This document shows positions 27,022 through 40,094 of a stretch of DNA of 64,000 nucleotides, piece after piece. Position 1 is the first letter of the stretch; the number at the start of each line of letters is the position of its first letter. A program made the position numbers and the translations under genes. Source of the DNA: Entomortierella parvispora E1425. Its lineage: Eukaryota > Fungi > Mortierellomycota. Under the pieces are notes generated by a model. The model saw only the letters and a program-made list of their open reading frames with translations, searched no databases and was not told the DNA's origin. The stretch spans positions 2,480,001-2,544,000 of the forward strand of contig BQFW01000013.1 of assembly GCA_020891255.1 (NCBI GenBank), written 5' to 3'.

Positions 27022-27714
27022 TATAGATGCGTTGTGTGCAGCCCCGCTCATCATGAGCAAACAAATAAACTGAAATGACACAGTCGACTATCGACCGCAA
27101 GACAGCATGCCTCAAATGCCATCTTTTGCTACGGTTCATGAATTTGGCTAAACAAGGGTCGCGAACTGACCAGCTTTGCACATCCTCAAATGAATCTAGG
27201 CAGTCAAAAGAGTTGAGCAAGGCCCCATGGTGTAAGATCTCCATGGCTTGTTATTAACCTCCAATATCGCCTAGTTCATTGTTCAATCCTTCGCTGTTGT
27301 GGACAGTGGTTTGAGCGTCAATCCAACAGGCAAAATACATATGACGGCCTAGCAGTTGTCAGAGCTCACTATAATCGTTGCCTGTTGCTGCAGCTATTAC
27401 ACTCAGAATTAGGAACCATGCAAGCATATGTATTTGACCGCAAATGCATACATGGGCATGAAAATATCATACCATGGAGAGCCATACGAAAACGTCCACT
27501 TACAAGTACAGGACGACAAGAATAATTGTGATCCTTCGCCAGTTCAACCGCTTCCATAGTCTTTAGAGCCTACCCTTCCTCCCGCAGTTCTCCTTTAGTT
27601 CACAGGCAAAGAGCAGAAAGATCGGAACAAAGTCGAATAGCAAGAGCGAGAGAACAAAAGCAGGAGCTTCGGAATCGAATGATATCCAAGATCGTGACTG
27701 CAGCAATATCGCTT

Positions 27715-27843
27715 CCGCAGAATTGAAAGGAGGACAATTCACGCCATAATGACGTCACTGGACGAAATTATGGCATAAACTGTGCCCCAATCAGCAATGT
27801 GGTGTGTGGGTCCAAACACACAAATAAACTATGGAGGCCCAGT
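27715..27843 (-). ncRNA. Candidate Fanzor omegaRNA scaffold, copy 1
   Basis: 129 nt between stop codon and element end. Hairpins: GAATTG/CAATTC (27720-27740), GCCATAAT/ATTATGGC with inner CGTC/GACG (27743-27774), TGTGTG/CACACA (27803-27822). Expression not shown. Confidence 0.45.
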
Positions 27844-30800
27844 CTACTGAAGCTCCCTCGCCATTTTGGATGCTTCCTGGCTCAGGTTGAGGGAGGATGC
27901 TCGCTTTCTTGATCTGGAGGGGCCGTCAGACGGGCCGATACTACTCATTTCCGATGAGCTGTGGGTGTCCACCGCGTCTGTCACTTCTCCAGTAGCAGCT
28001 TGCCTCTTCGATGCGCGAGACTTGCTGCGGGAACTTGCACTTGTAGCTGCACTGGCTTCACTCTCGGTCGTAGAAGCACTGTGACTGACAGCCCCGGACG
28101 GTCCTTTGCCATGATTTTTGACGGTAGAAGACGCCCGTGCCTTCGTACTGCTGCCGGTCTTTGTCGCTTTGGACCTGCCTCCTCTTACGCTGGTGCTGGC
28201 CGTAATATGACTGTCCCCTGTGTTTTCATCTGATTCGGATATCCAGGGGTATCTGCCATCTTCTGTCACTGGCTGTAGGTGGAGGGGTCTTTCTTCCTTC
28301 TCAAGACGCTCCCGCACAATCATTGCCATATTCTCTGCCGCCATAATGTCCCGGTGGTGAAAATGCTTGCAATGCGTGCAATAGAGCTGCCGGATGGTTA
28401 CTCGAGCAATGAAGTTGTGACAATTGGGGCACTTTTGCGAAGTATAATACTCGTTGATGCCTACCACCAAGTAACCAAGGGAGCGTGCCTAATTGAAAAA
28501 AAACAAAGTAAGTTATCACTTGTCAAGACTGTGCTACTTGCTCCAGAGAAGGCTGGTCATGGTGAATTGTTTTTGACTTACCAGGGGGATGAAATAATCA
28601 AGAAATGACGAGTGCAGAGATGACAGTCGACTGGAGCTCTTGAATTGCCCCAAGCCGACTCCGATTATAACATGGTTGTCTGGGTCGCGATATCGTCCGG
28701 TAGTCCCTCCCACTATTCGTAGCAACCTCTCGGCGATTGCCTGATACTCGGCATGTTTGGCTCGTTTCATGTCCCAGGTATGCCTTTTAAACCGCCTATT
28801 TCGGCCATTATAAAAGGTGCTCAGGCGTTCTTCGACCTCCTCTATTTTTTTGACATACTCTTCCACGCTTGATTGTGAGCCTCGAAGAGGAGGGAGGTTC
28901 GATTCGATGTCCGATATAGATGACGGTTCAGCCTCCGTGACAACGCCTTTCTCTGTGTTTAGCCATCTTCGGTATCGAAATACAGGTTGCATTACCGCCT
29001 TTTGGTTAACAGCAAGATTGAGGTGAACGGGGCCGTCTTGCTCTGCATCTGTTGGTCTTGTCAGATCCACCGATATGTCCATTGTTGTAGAGAGAGCTCC
29101 GTTCCTGCCAGGTAGATATGCGTACGCCCCAACTACGAACGCTTGGCCGGCATCTAGAGTCAAGATTTTGATATCCGTTGGACGCGCACCGGGCCAAAGC
29201 TTCTCGAAATCCATGTCGTCCTTGACAACATTTCTGATCTCTTGCAAATAGGAGTCGGTTCCCCCAACTGTGGATGATATTCTCGGTGGAAGACGATCGG
29301 GGGGAAGCCGCCGGTATCGGACGCACTGAAGCTCTCGAAGCTTATAGGCAAGCAAGTATACTCTGAACCCATCTGTAAGGATGGAGCCCCTAGATACATA
29401 GCCCTTGACTGTATAGTCCTTTGGGTCGAATGTTGGATCATCTAGCATGCGAAGGTGCCTCCTGAGAGCTTTGAGTGACATGAGCTTGATTGCTGCACGA
29501 TGTCCTGCCTTGCCTTTCTTGCGACTTGTGAGATCTGAGGGGTCGATATCGGTAAGGTAACGTTTTAAGAGATAACCGGGCTCCTTGGTCCCGACCCATT
29601 CTTGCACATCCTGAATAGTCGGAGCCACCCCTTCATTAGATGCTAGCTCCGTCAACGATGTTTTGAGATCGCCTCCTCTTTTCATGAAAAATCCCGCCAG
29701 CTCTCGCTCAGTAAACCCAACAAATGGCTGCTCTACTGATGTCATGGGAGCGATTCTCCGGGGCTGTTGGATCAACTTGTTGAGCGAAACGTAGTTTTCA
29801 ACTGCGGAGACGTCATCTCGAATGAGTATCTGTGTGTTTGCATCCAAAATCCCGAGATCCTTAGCCTTCTTGAGCTAGAATAAATAGATCGGAAACGTGG
29901 TTATAGTTAGCATTATGGATATCAAGGTATTCTCAGATATTCTTCACATCTTACCTTATTGTGAATTATGCATGTCCCATGCTTATACATCTTTTCAAGC
30001 TCAGCCTTCAGCTGCGTGGCCATTGAGCGCAAAAGATCCGTGGGAGTAAAGGGCATGTTTGACTCGTTGATATCAACGGACGGCGAGACGTAGATTCCAA
30101 GTTCCGTGAGACGATCGATAAATGCATTGACCTTGTCCCCCATGGAAGAGGGTCTCGGTCGTTTTCCAGAGTACACTACTCGTAGAAAGCTCCAGATAAA
30201 TGGTGCCTGGACCTTGTCATCCTTCTTTTTTTTTGTTGTGCTGGTGCTTGGTGGTTGCAGGTCACTATCGTCGCTCTCTACTTCAGGTTCTCCATCGTCG
30301 GGATCAAGTTCAGCGTCCACAAGACCGTTGATCTGATTGTCGTCTTCCTCATCCGCAGCAATGTCGTCAGTATCCTTCACGTCCTCCATACTAACAGGTT
30401 GACAGAGGTGGCGCAGGATTTCCTTGTCTACAGAGCTGATGTGGTCGATTCCAATTTTGTCCAGTTTTTCGATATAGCAGCCAATCAGCCTCTGAGCTTC
30501 ACGCTTCACTCGAGCTGCCTCGCTTGTCGCTCCCTGAATGACCTCCATAACTTCCTGCTGCAGGTCCAGCTGGTTAGGAAGCGCAAGTCTGATATTTGCC
30601 TTCAGAGTACCAATGCTCAGTGAACTTGTTGGGTGGTGATAGGCCAAATGTCGAGTTATCGCCAGCTTGTCCGTTGCAGCCGTAGATTTTGACAAGGTCT
30701 TCAAAGTGGGTGGATCCTTTGGAGCGGATTTCTCCTTTTTGCGTTTAGTCTCAGGCTCCTTGTATGGTTTGTATGCAAGCTGCTTCATCATTGGGGGTCG

Positions 30801-32282
30801 TGGATGCTCCTGAGTCCCTTTCCTTGACTTGAACGAGTATCTTGGCTGATGGCGAGGGGTTCGTGTTCTTTGAAGTGCTGGGTGTAGTGCCTCTCCTGTC
30901 TGGTTACCGTGTGACGACGGGCGTCGTAAAGGCGAGGCAACATTAGAGCCGGGAGAGATGGACGAGTCTTGAGGCTGCTCAACCGGAGGCGGCATGGTGA
31001 TACGTGTGATACGTGCCCGTGTCAGGCGACTGTGCTGTATTGCAGGTGACTCTACCGTCTTGTAGCGGTTGCTGGTTGACGATGATCGCAACCGAATGAT
31101 ATCCATGGAGTTGCTATAGTTATCAAAACAGTATGATGAATACAAAAATTAGCTCATTTCCTTTCATATCTTGAATCCTGAGCTGTTAAATAGGCTTTAC
31201 CTGCTGTTGAAAGTCATTTGGAGACTTCTGTTTTGTTGATATCGTTTACAGAGGTCCATAAATCTTTGGCGAAGAGCGTTAAAGGAAGAGTAGGCAGAAC
31301 CTGATATCTGACAAGTGCTTGGCGTTTGCAACTGGTCCGCAAAGACTCGAAGAGCGAGTTCAAATGTCTTGTCGCAGGTGTTTTTGGATTGGACACCCTC
31401 GTGCTCCAGATATTCCGACACAATCGACCTAGGATCTAAAGACGACAGTTATTGTTTAACGTGTGAACGGGATGGCAAATCAAGACATTACAGTCGTCTC
31501 ATTTGTTTCATACCTTCGCCCTTGCTGTTCATGATGACAGAAAGGCTGGTGACTGGACCAAGCGAAAAGATGTTCCTGCCGTAGTCATTTGACACCACAC
31601 AAGCAAGAGCCGTGAGCTGAGCTGATGACAATCCAAGAGTCTGGCAAACATCTGCGCGACTGTAGGCCAGATGAAGTCCGCGAGAGATGGGTCGCCAGAG
31701 CGTGTAGATAGTGCCATATGCAAGCATATCACTATCAGCCGATATGACAATGTCTTCTGGCCGGCAGTCCACCGCGATGGCAACATCAGCCTCTGTCTCA
31801 CATATCCGAACAGTCCATCCAGCCTTGATCAGGTAATTGATGAAATCCTGGCGAACTGAGGATGGCCAATAGAAAAGTGATGCAAGGCTCTTCTTCACAT
31901 CGACGAAATGTCGCTTCCTAGCCTTTTGGTTGTTGGTGACTCGTTGCTCGAGTGCGTCAAGGTTCTTGTAGCATTTTTCCGCGGATTTGTCACTGTTGGC
32001 CTTTCGTTTTTTTGCTGTCTCTTCTTTCTCCACCGCTGCGCCACCATCAATGTAAAGAATGAGTCTATCCTTCCCGCCATAACGCAAAAAGTTTGCTTCA
32101 AGGACCTGGTGCGCTTCTTCGGGTGCCTTAAAAGAGTATGCGTTGCGGATGATAGAGTAAAACGACAGCACATCAAGACGTTTTGTACGATCGGTCATAG
32201 TTGACTTCACGTTGGAGGGATAAATCACAGAAGGTTCATAGCCTTTTTTGCGCAAAAAGGGGAACCAATCTTGTAATCCCAT
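27844..32282 (-). CDS. FEN1/XPG-family PIN nuclease fused to Fanzor (TnpB-like RuvC + Zn ribbon), copy 1, ~1366 aa
   Basis: Exons 32282-31514, 31435-31201, 31113-29955, 29874-28582, 28488-27844 (4101 nt, in frame, all GT-AG). PIN motifs: MGLQDW, RLDVLS, YIDG, EAD, SADSD, SNDY. Fanzor motifs: GSILTDG, ILTLDAG, IGVGLGQF, NEYYTSQKCPNC...CTHC...HRDIMAAENM. Confidence 0.9.
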
Positions 32283-32512
32283 TAGAGGCACGATTTGGAG
32301 GATGAGTAAAAGAGCAGATGATAAAAGGTGATGAAAAAGCGGAAAGCGATGTAGATGTGTAATGGTGCGAAGGGCTGACGCTGGTAATGGGGGGAGCGTG
32401 GTGGGCTACATAGGAAGATAGGAAGAAGGAGCGCGTATAGCGCGCTTGGATGGGCCAACTGTAGCCTCAATCCCAGCCAATGAGAGAATTAGGGCGTGGA
32501 TTGTCCTGGAGC

Positions 32513-32521
32513 CCAATTCTG
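32513..32521 (+). repeat. Left 9-bp target-site duplication CCAATTCTG of the MULE
   Basis: Identical to 40266-40274 and abuts the TIR. Confidence 0.88.
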
Positions 32522-32647
32522 GGAAGTGGCACAATTGAATCTATTTGACACGTCACCGAAGATGACGCATCGCACAGACCCCGCCACTTCCCAAACTCAG
32601 CCCGATGTATTTGCTGATACACAAAATGGACTGACTAAAATAAGTAT
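32522..32647 (-). ncRNA. Candidate Fanzor omegaRNA scaffold, copy 2
   Basis: 126 nt between stop codon and MULE terminus. An 11-bp perfect inverted repeat TGGGAAGTGGC/GCCACTTCCCA (32520-32530 / 32583-32593) encloses a CGTCA/TGACG hairpin. Expression not shown. Confidence 0.5.
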
Positions 32648-35600
32648 CTACTCCTCTGCTTCTCGCTTGACTTGATCGGGGTCATTCTCCATTTGTCGTT
32701 TGACTTGATCCTGTCCTCCCTCTGACCAATTGAGTGGCGCCTTTCGTTTGACTCCGCGAGCCGTGGATTTGACACTTAGTGTGGCTTCGGGGGAAGAAGG
32801 TACCCTCTGTGCGCTGAGCACCGTAGCACGTCTGCCCCCACGACCATCCTCCCACGGATATTTCCCTTCTGCATCCACAGGTTGAAGGTAACGAGGCCGT
32901 TGCTGTTTGGTAATATGCCCCTGAACAACATTCGCTATGTTGTGCCCACCCATCACATCTCTGTGAAAGTAGGTCTTACAGTAGGAACAGTACAGCCGTC
33001 GAATGTTCACTTGGCCGACGAAGTTTTCACAGCCCGGACACTTTTTGGAGGTGTAATACTCGTTAACACCAACCACTATGTATCCAAGCGACCGTGCCTA
33101 GAAAGCAATTGATGTTAAACTTGATATAATGATATGAAAAATAAAAAAAAATAAAAAAGGACCAGAGCACTATACCTTTTGGACAAAGTATGACTGAAAG
33201 GTCCCATGGAGGGAGGACAATCTCATTGTCGAGGAGAAGTCACCAAGACCAATACCAATGACAACCTTGTTTTCGGGATCTCTTTTTGATCCCAATGACC
33301 CTCCAACAAGACTCAAAAGTTGGTTTGCGATAAGCCTATATTCTTCCACCTTGGCTTTCTGGGCGTTCCATCTGTGTTTTTTCAGAACGACATTGTCATA
33401 AAACTGTTCGAGCGGGGCACCCTTTTCTTTCAAATGCTGGACGTAATCCTTGATAGATGCCTCTGGACCACGAACAGGTGGTAGACTCGATTCCAAGTCG
33501 GCAACCGACAGTGTTCCTCCCAAAGTTTTTTTTTTTCCTATGCTCTAGCCAGCTTCTGTGTCTAAAGACAGGTTGGTATACGGCCTTTTGCTTTACGGAC
33601 AGGTTGAAAAAACGCTGCTTCGCAGGAATGGCAGTTGCTCCACCTTGTGAAGGTAAGATAGCACTAGCCCCAACCACGAAGGCCTGTCCTAAGTCGATTC
33701 CCAATATTTTGATCTTCTCAGGATCGACGCCATCGCCCCAGAGTCGGTGGACATCTTCCTTGGATTTGACGACATTCCTGATCTCCGTCAGATAGTAATC
33801 CAACCCACCCAAAGTAGAGGCAATGCGGTCAGGTAGCTTCTCTGGAGCAAGACGGCGGTACTTCACACAATTCAGCTCGTTGAGTTTGAACCCAAGTACT
33901 TGAAGACGGAATCCATCTGTCCTAATCGACCCTCGTAGGAGATATCCGTTGGCGGCATAGGTCTTGGGATCGAAGGTCGCTTGAGATATGTTGCTCAGAT
34001 GAGTCATAACTTCTGGAAGTGACATGGTCCTTGCTGACCTTGAGAAGCTCCTCTTCTTTTTTCTCTCTTCCGCGCTGTATCCCCCGATGTCGGACAAGAG
34101 GCTGTTGATGAGTAGGCCAGGCTTGGAATATCCTAGCCACATCGCAACAACATCTTGGGTGATTTTCTCGAATCGATGGACGTTAACCGTATGGAAGGCG
34201 AATTTCTGCAACTGTTCTTTCAAGGCCTGGTCCTGCCAGAAGAGCTTTATCAAGTCAAGCTCTGAGATGTTAACAAACGTGCTGTCCATAGGTGATATCG
34301 GGGTAACACATCGTTTGGACCCTGTGATTCGGTTTAGGATGATGAAGTTCTCCACTGGAGATAGCTTCAAATCGATATTGTCCACCGTGTTCGGAGGCAG
34401 TATACCCTTCTTCTTAAGAGCACGAATCTGAATAGGAGCACGCGAGGAGGTCATTAATACTTGAGAGAAAGAAATATTAACCCGAAATCGGCAGCAGGCG
34501 CAGACTATTATTGTTACCTTTTTGCAAAGATCAAGAGAGCCATGTTTGTAGTGCTTCATATACTCAATAGTAAGATTCAGCGCAGTTGATTGAAGAACAG
34601 AAGAAGAAGGATATGGCCCTGCCGCTATCGATATGAGGACGAGGAGACCAAACGATAACATGTTAGATAGAGAATAGAGACGCTCAGGCACATGCAGACA
34701 AACCATTTAGTCATAGTAAGCACTTGATGACATCAAATTTACCATTGCCATTCTGCGGAGGCAAGAAGTCCTTTGCTTTGATCAGGAATTCGCGAACCGC
34801 ACACACTGAATCCGAGTCCCCCTTTTCTTTCTTCACCTTTGCCTTGTCAGCGTTCGATGCGGTGTTTTTTTGCTCAACCGAGGGTATTTGGTCGCTGGAA
34901 GACGTTTGGTCGGTGTAAGACAATTGATCGGTGGAAGACGATTGATCGGTCGAATGAGGCTTGTATTTGGCCTTAAATGCAGCCAATCTTGCTGTCTGTG
35001 ACATTTTCGGAGGTTCCGAGTTGTAAATGCTCGACAGAAGTGACAAGAAAAAACTGGAGAGACTTGTTCTTCTTAAACATCTCGTCATCTGCCTCGACGC
35101 TGGTCGTATTGAGCTCATTGCGTTCTCCTGGATCCTCGTTGTCTTCCAAAGCAGATCCCTCAGCAGGAAGCTTGTCTCCGGCAACGAAGGGCTTGCACAA
35201 CATGCCAAGGATAAGCTTGTCATTCTTGTCAAGATTATCCATAGACAGGGTCTCCAAGTATTGCCCTATTGCTAGCTGGCATGCCCTCTTCGTCGCTGTC
35301 GCCAATCGTGCAACATTTGACAAGCAGGTCTTAATTCGAGGCAAATGTGACGCAGGAAGCAACGTCCTTTGTAGAGCTCGAGTGACATTCGCGTTTAGAG
35401 TGCCTACATCCATGACTCGAAGGGGATGTTGCCGCTGGAGCTCCTTGACAAGCCGCATCTTATCCATTGTCCGGAAATTAGGCGGATCTTTTGTCACACT
35501 CTCGCTTGATTTCGTTGTGGTGGGAAGCACAGGTCGAGGGGGAGGTTCTGTCCACGGCTTTAAAGTGTACTGCTTCAGAACATCTGGGGGGTCGTGCTCA

Positions 35601-36990
35601 ATGATGCGGGACCTCGTTTTGATGGCGTACCGCTGGCGATATTTGTATTTCCTGCCAGACGCGTGAGGAGATGGCGAAATTGCAGGTTGACTGTCGACAG
35701 TGTTGTACCGATTAAACTTATACTCAATATCGCCAGTATGGGCGACGGGCAGGTTGGAAGAGGACCTAGAAGACGATAATGATACCTTGTTAGTGACTGG
35801 AGAACACAGTCTTGCTTTCAAGTGCTGAAGTGCTGAGTGAAATGAAGAAAGTCCATACCCTTCACTCCTAACAGTCTTGAGTTGGCTCTGCAAACTTCTC
35901 AGCCTCGCAGTTATTTCTGTCAGAGACGGGGAAGAACGCGGCTGATTCATCGTATCCTCATAACAGGCTTGGGGCAGCAGAGTTTGATCCCAAAAGGTAA
36001 ATTCTTGTCGGGCAAATACCTTCAGGGCCGAGTCGAAATATGAATTGCCAGGATCCTTAATGATCACCTCCGGATGGGTCAAATAGGCACGAATCAATTC
36101 GTTGACATCTAATGGGGGGTCTTCACAAAATAGGGCTGTTAGTTGGTACTAAGGCATCCATCATGGCAATGCATTGGTGGGAGGGACCAAAAGTACATAG
36201 AACAGATGTTACCTTTGTCACGCAATGATTGGAGGACCTCATAGTTGGTGACTATGCCCATTTGCTTCAAATTGCAGGAGTAGTCGTTCCGACAAACAAC
36301 ACCAAGAGCTGTGAGACCCGCCCTGGTTAGCTGCAAATGTATTAACAGCTTCGGGACGTCGTACTCAAGGTATCCTCCCCTGGCAAGTGGCCTCCAAATT
36401 GTAGTGATCGAAGAAAGATGGACGAGACTATCACTGTCACCAGAGACAACAATATCCTCAGTGCGGCAATTGAGTGCAATCTGGATGTCAGCCTCTGATG
36501 GACATTGAATGACACTCCAGCCCTTTGCTATTAAGAATTGAGCAAGCGACTCGCCAAGGTCGGCAGAGAGATAAAATGCTGCGTTAAGCCCTTTGTTGAG
36601 TTTCCTGAATTGCTGTTTCTTGAGCTTCTTTTTCTGCCGAAACATATCCTCCATCTCATGCAACAGCGAGTCCGCTTTCGTCAGGGATGTTGAGCAACGA
36701 GCCTCACGCAAGGCTCTTGTTGCGCGTTTCTCCTCTGGGGATGGTCCGTCCATATAGAGAAGAGTCGTTGCTGGAGGAAATTTAAGAGACCGGAGCTTCA
36801 TCTCGAAGATAGAATTGGCCATCACTGGGTCGTGTTTGAGGAATGTGCGGCGAATGAGAGGGTACATTGAGCCCAAAATATCGACATGAAAGGTTGTATT
36901 CGGGGGCCGAGAATGCTGGGGGCAGTTGGAAAGAACGTCGGGGAAGTATCCCTTCTTCTTGACGAACGGCCATAAGAAAGGGACGCCCAT
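32648..36990 (-). CDS. PIN-Fanzor fusion, copy 2, ~1314 aa after correcting two +1 homopolymer frameshifts
   Basis: Exons 36990-36213, 36108-34743, 34618-34518, 34427-33176, 33097-32648; the second intron (34619-34742) is the least certain. PIN motifs: MGVPFLW, HVDILG, YMDG, EAD, SGDSD, RNDY. Fanzor motifs: GSIRTDG, ILGIDLG, IGIGLGDF, NEYYTSKKCPGC...CSYC...HRDVMGGHNI. Extra bases in runs at 35048-35053 and 33526-33536. Confidence 0.85.
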
Positions 36991-37344
36991 AGCAAAAGGC
37001 CCGGCGGAAGATAAAGGGCAACCAGGGATTGAGCGAGGAAGTAAAGGTGTATAAAAAAATATGTGGGTGGTTGGGAGGGTGGGTGGAAGAGGGGAGGTCA
37101 GAAGGAGCGACAGAGCAGAAGGAAGTTGGGAAGAAAGGCGTGTCTTTTAAGAATCCTGGTGAAGGAAGGATGGGAGTGGGAATTTTTTGCCACCACTTTT
37201 GTTCCCAGTTCAAATTCAAGCCACTTGGTTGCACAAAATAGTTTGTGTTCCTGTTTTCATTTTTTTCCCGCCTTCCCGCCGCCGCGCTTCCCGCCACCGC
37301 GCTTCCCGCGTTTGTCCTCTTGCCTCCTGCTCCATGCATGCCCC

Positions 37345-40094
37345 ATGGCCAGCCTTCGAGTGAAGGACATCCTCCTGCAGCCCGAGGACTTTGATCCCCG
37401 CGAGATATACACGCCCAACAACATTTCTCAGGAGCACGAGATCTGGAGGGCATCACTCTCCATCGAGGAATTCAAAACGTTTTGGCATCGAGAGCGGACA
37501 GCAATTCAATTGAACATCGTGTTGAAGGAGGATGCAATCACCATCTCTTGAAAGGTGACCCAAACGCCTTACTTCCAACCTACCGCCCTGCACCTCCCTT
37601 TGGTAGCGCTCCAGGGGGACAAAAGAGGTTCGATTGGAGTTTCCGCTTCACATGCAGAAGGTACAGGCAGATCAATGATAATTTGACCATCAAACGCGCA
37701 TCCGTTGGACAGAGATGTCCTGTTTCTATCCGGATGAAAAAGCCTGTAGGGAGAGAGCTTGTGGTTGTAGAGTATCAATGGAGACACAATCATGACGACT
37801 CCGCGGAAGCACGAGCCAGAATTCCATTGAGCTGAAACGAATTGATGTGGACCAAGTCCCAGGCAAAGAACAACCAGAGGTGGACTTCAATTAAAGATCT
37901 TCTCCGTCCAGTTAACCAGGCAGCGATGTCCTTGGTAAGCAAGGTCCCAGACTTTGAACGTTAATCAGTGAAGAGGTATTTCCAACTGATGTACTCATAT
38001 TTCCGTTGCTGTGATTTAGCTCGCGAGCACGACACCAGGAAGCCCGTTGAGCCCTGCTGCATACATGAAATACAAGCATGTAAAATCTGCCATCTACCGC
38101 TCAAAGACGTCTTTGTCCCGTAAAAGTAACCCCACCCTGAGTATCAAACTTTGGATGAATGATATTCAAGCACATGGTGGCAAGAGTACGTTCGTCCCGA
38201 AAGTATCAGGGATCGACAATAATTACTTCTTTGCCTGGTCTACCAAATTTCAGCTGGAGGTAGGCATTGCTTTTTGATGTCTGTGTTTCCCATACCATAC
38301 TCCCACTTACAAACACTATCCATGTTACTTCGTTGACCAGATTATGGCTAGGAACACGGGGATCGTGTGCATGGACTCTACTCACAAGACAGTTAAATCA
38401 CTGTTACCTGATCCTAAGGATAAAAAAACGTGCCCTTCCGCGTACCTTTTCACCCTCCTTGTCCGAGATCGTCAGGCAAACTGTGGAGTGCCCGTGGCTT
38501 TTATGGTCTGCAATTCAGAATCCATGTAAGTTTCAGAGTATACCACAACTGATCCATTGCATTCTGAGGATGCAACAATGAACTAAATGGCCTTTTTTTT
38601 TTTTTTTTTAGAAATACTCTGAGACTCTGGCTAAAATGGGTTTCCGATCACTGTGGTATCAATGCAACCAAATTCATGGTGGATTGCTCCCAGGCGGAGT
38701 CAGAAGCGATATATCAGGCCTTCATGACCTCGGTAGATATTTACTATTGTACATTCCATGTTGCTCAAGCGTGGGAGAGGAAATCCAAGGAACTGTACGG
38801 AGTAAGTGTGTAAGAAAAGTGCGTTGCCGCCCGGGTAACAGATTTTGTGATGAAGCAATTAATTCTCATGTTGCAACAGGTCAAAGTCTGTAATGATTTA
38901 CGTGGGCCACTGAAACGGATCCGAACCGCCGAAACTGAGGAGGAGCTTGCTAGAAGATGGGACAGCTTCACAGAAACATACAAAAAATACGACAAGATGA
39001 TCAGTTACTTGAGAGCATGGATGACACCTGAGAAAAAAGTGAAGTGGGTGCTGTACATAAGAAAAGTAAAGTAGGCCATGGTTTGCAGAAGGACTGAAAG
39101 TCGAGTCAAGTTTGTATGACCTTTACTCTCTAACCATTTCAGCACTTCTTTCAAATTAAACTAGGACTATCAACATACAAATACTAACAACCTTGTGGAG
39201 TCCTGGCACAAGACATTGAAGAGACGGCATTTGCAAAAGAGGCGTAATTTACGTGCCGATGACTTGGTGTTTATATTGCAAGGAAAAGTGGATATCGATT
39301 TTCAGGACACTTTGTTCAAAATCTCCCGAAATCTTGTTGAGAGACCACTGTCGACGTATGACAAAGAAAGAAAGAGTAAAGCGATGGGTCTGGAGCATAC
39401 CACTGCGATTCAGATGGTTAGATTACAGCTCCCTGCCATCAAGGTACCTCCACTTGCTGTTGCAAGTTTTTCTTTTGCTCCGCTCATCACGGTCACTTGC
39501 TTAACAGCTTCATATTATCACCCTACACTTCCTTAGTTTGATGTTCAATCCTTTCGATCTGCAGCTACATGGTATTCAATCCGTGTAGATAGAGACTTCA
39601 ATCTCATCCTTGCATGCACATGCTCTGATTACCGCCAACATCTGTTGCCATGTAAGCACATGTACCTTGTGGAAAGATTTCACGAAAGCATGAAGATATC
39701 ATACACAGGAGAGCCAGCTGACGACCCCGAGGATGTGCTTGTTGATGAGCTTGCTATTGGGGAATCCCTGGAGCAAGCCAACCAAGACCTAGACATCTTT
39801 GGTCCCGATCTGGAAGCAGGGATTGGTCCCTTGCTCCGGCTTCAACTTGACCAACAGCGGGCCAAGGAGCAAGAAGCTCGTAGGGCTGCCAGAGAACAGG
39901 CCGTCCTTGCTGAATTTGAACACAATGAGGCGGAACTGAAAGATATGGCGAATCAAATTGTTGCGACTGTGGAGGCGAGAAAGGGGCGAAAATGTACCTT
40001 GGAGTATCTCAAAAGTACTGTGGCGGCTTTAAGAAACACTGTGTTGGAGATCAAGGGTCTTAACTCAGGGAACACCGGGCGGACTTGTCAGTAG
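37345..40094 (+). pseudogene. Mutator-family DDE transposase with SWIM zinc finger, disrupted
   Basis: N-terminal C..C..HNH DNA-binding motif (FTC...RCPV...WRHNHD), VCMDSTHK, FMVDCSQAE, CTFHVAQAW (CxxH), TNNLVESWHKTLK, SWIM CTCSDY....PCKH. Introns present. Frameshifts near 37.5 kb and 38.7 kb, and an in-frame TGA at 37833-37835. Confidence 0.9.

Noticed and set aside
27218-27330. Short matches (CAAGGCCC, CGTCAATC) to the reverse complement of the MULE right subterminal region
   Set aside because: Too short and not collinear; the true MULE left end with TSD is at 32522.
31488-36990. Treating the PIN ORFs (31488-32291, 36139-36990) as stand-alone genes next to separate Fanzor genes
   Set aside because: Each has a GT donor at the same phase-1 position that splices in frame to the downstream exon; the ORF tails beyond the donor are intron read-through.
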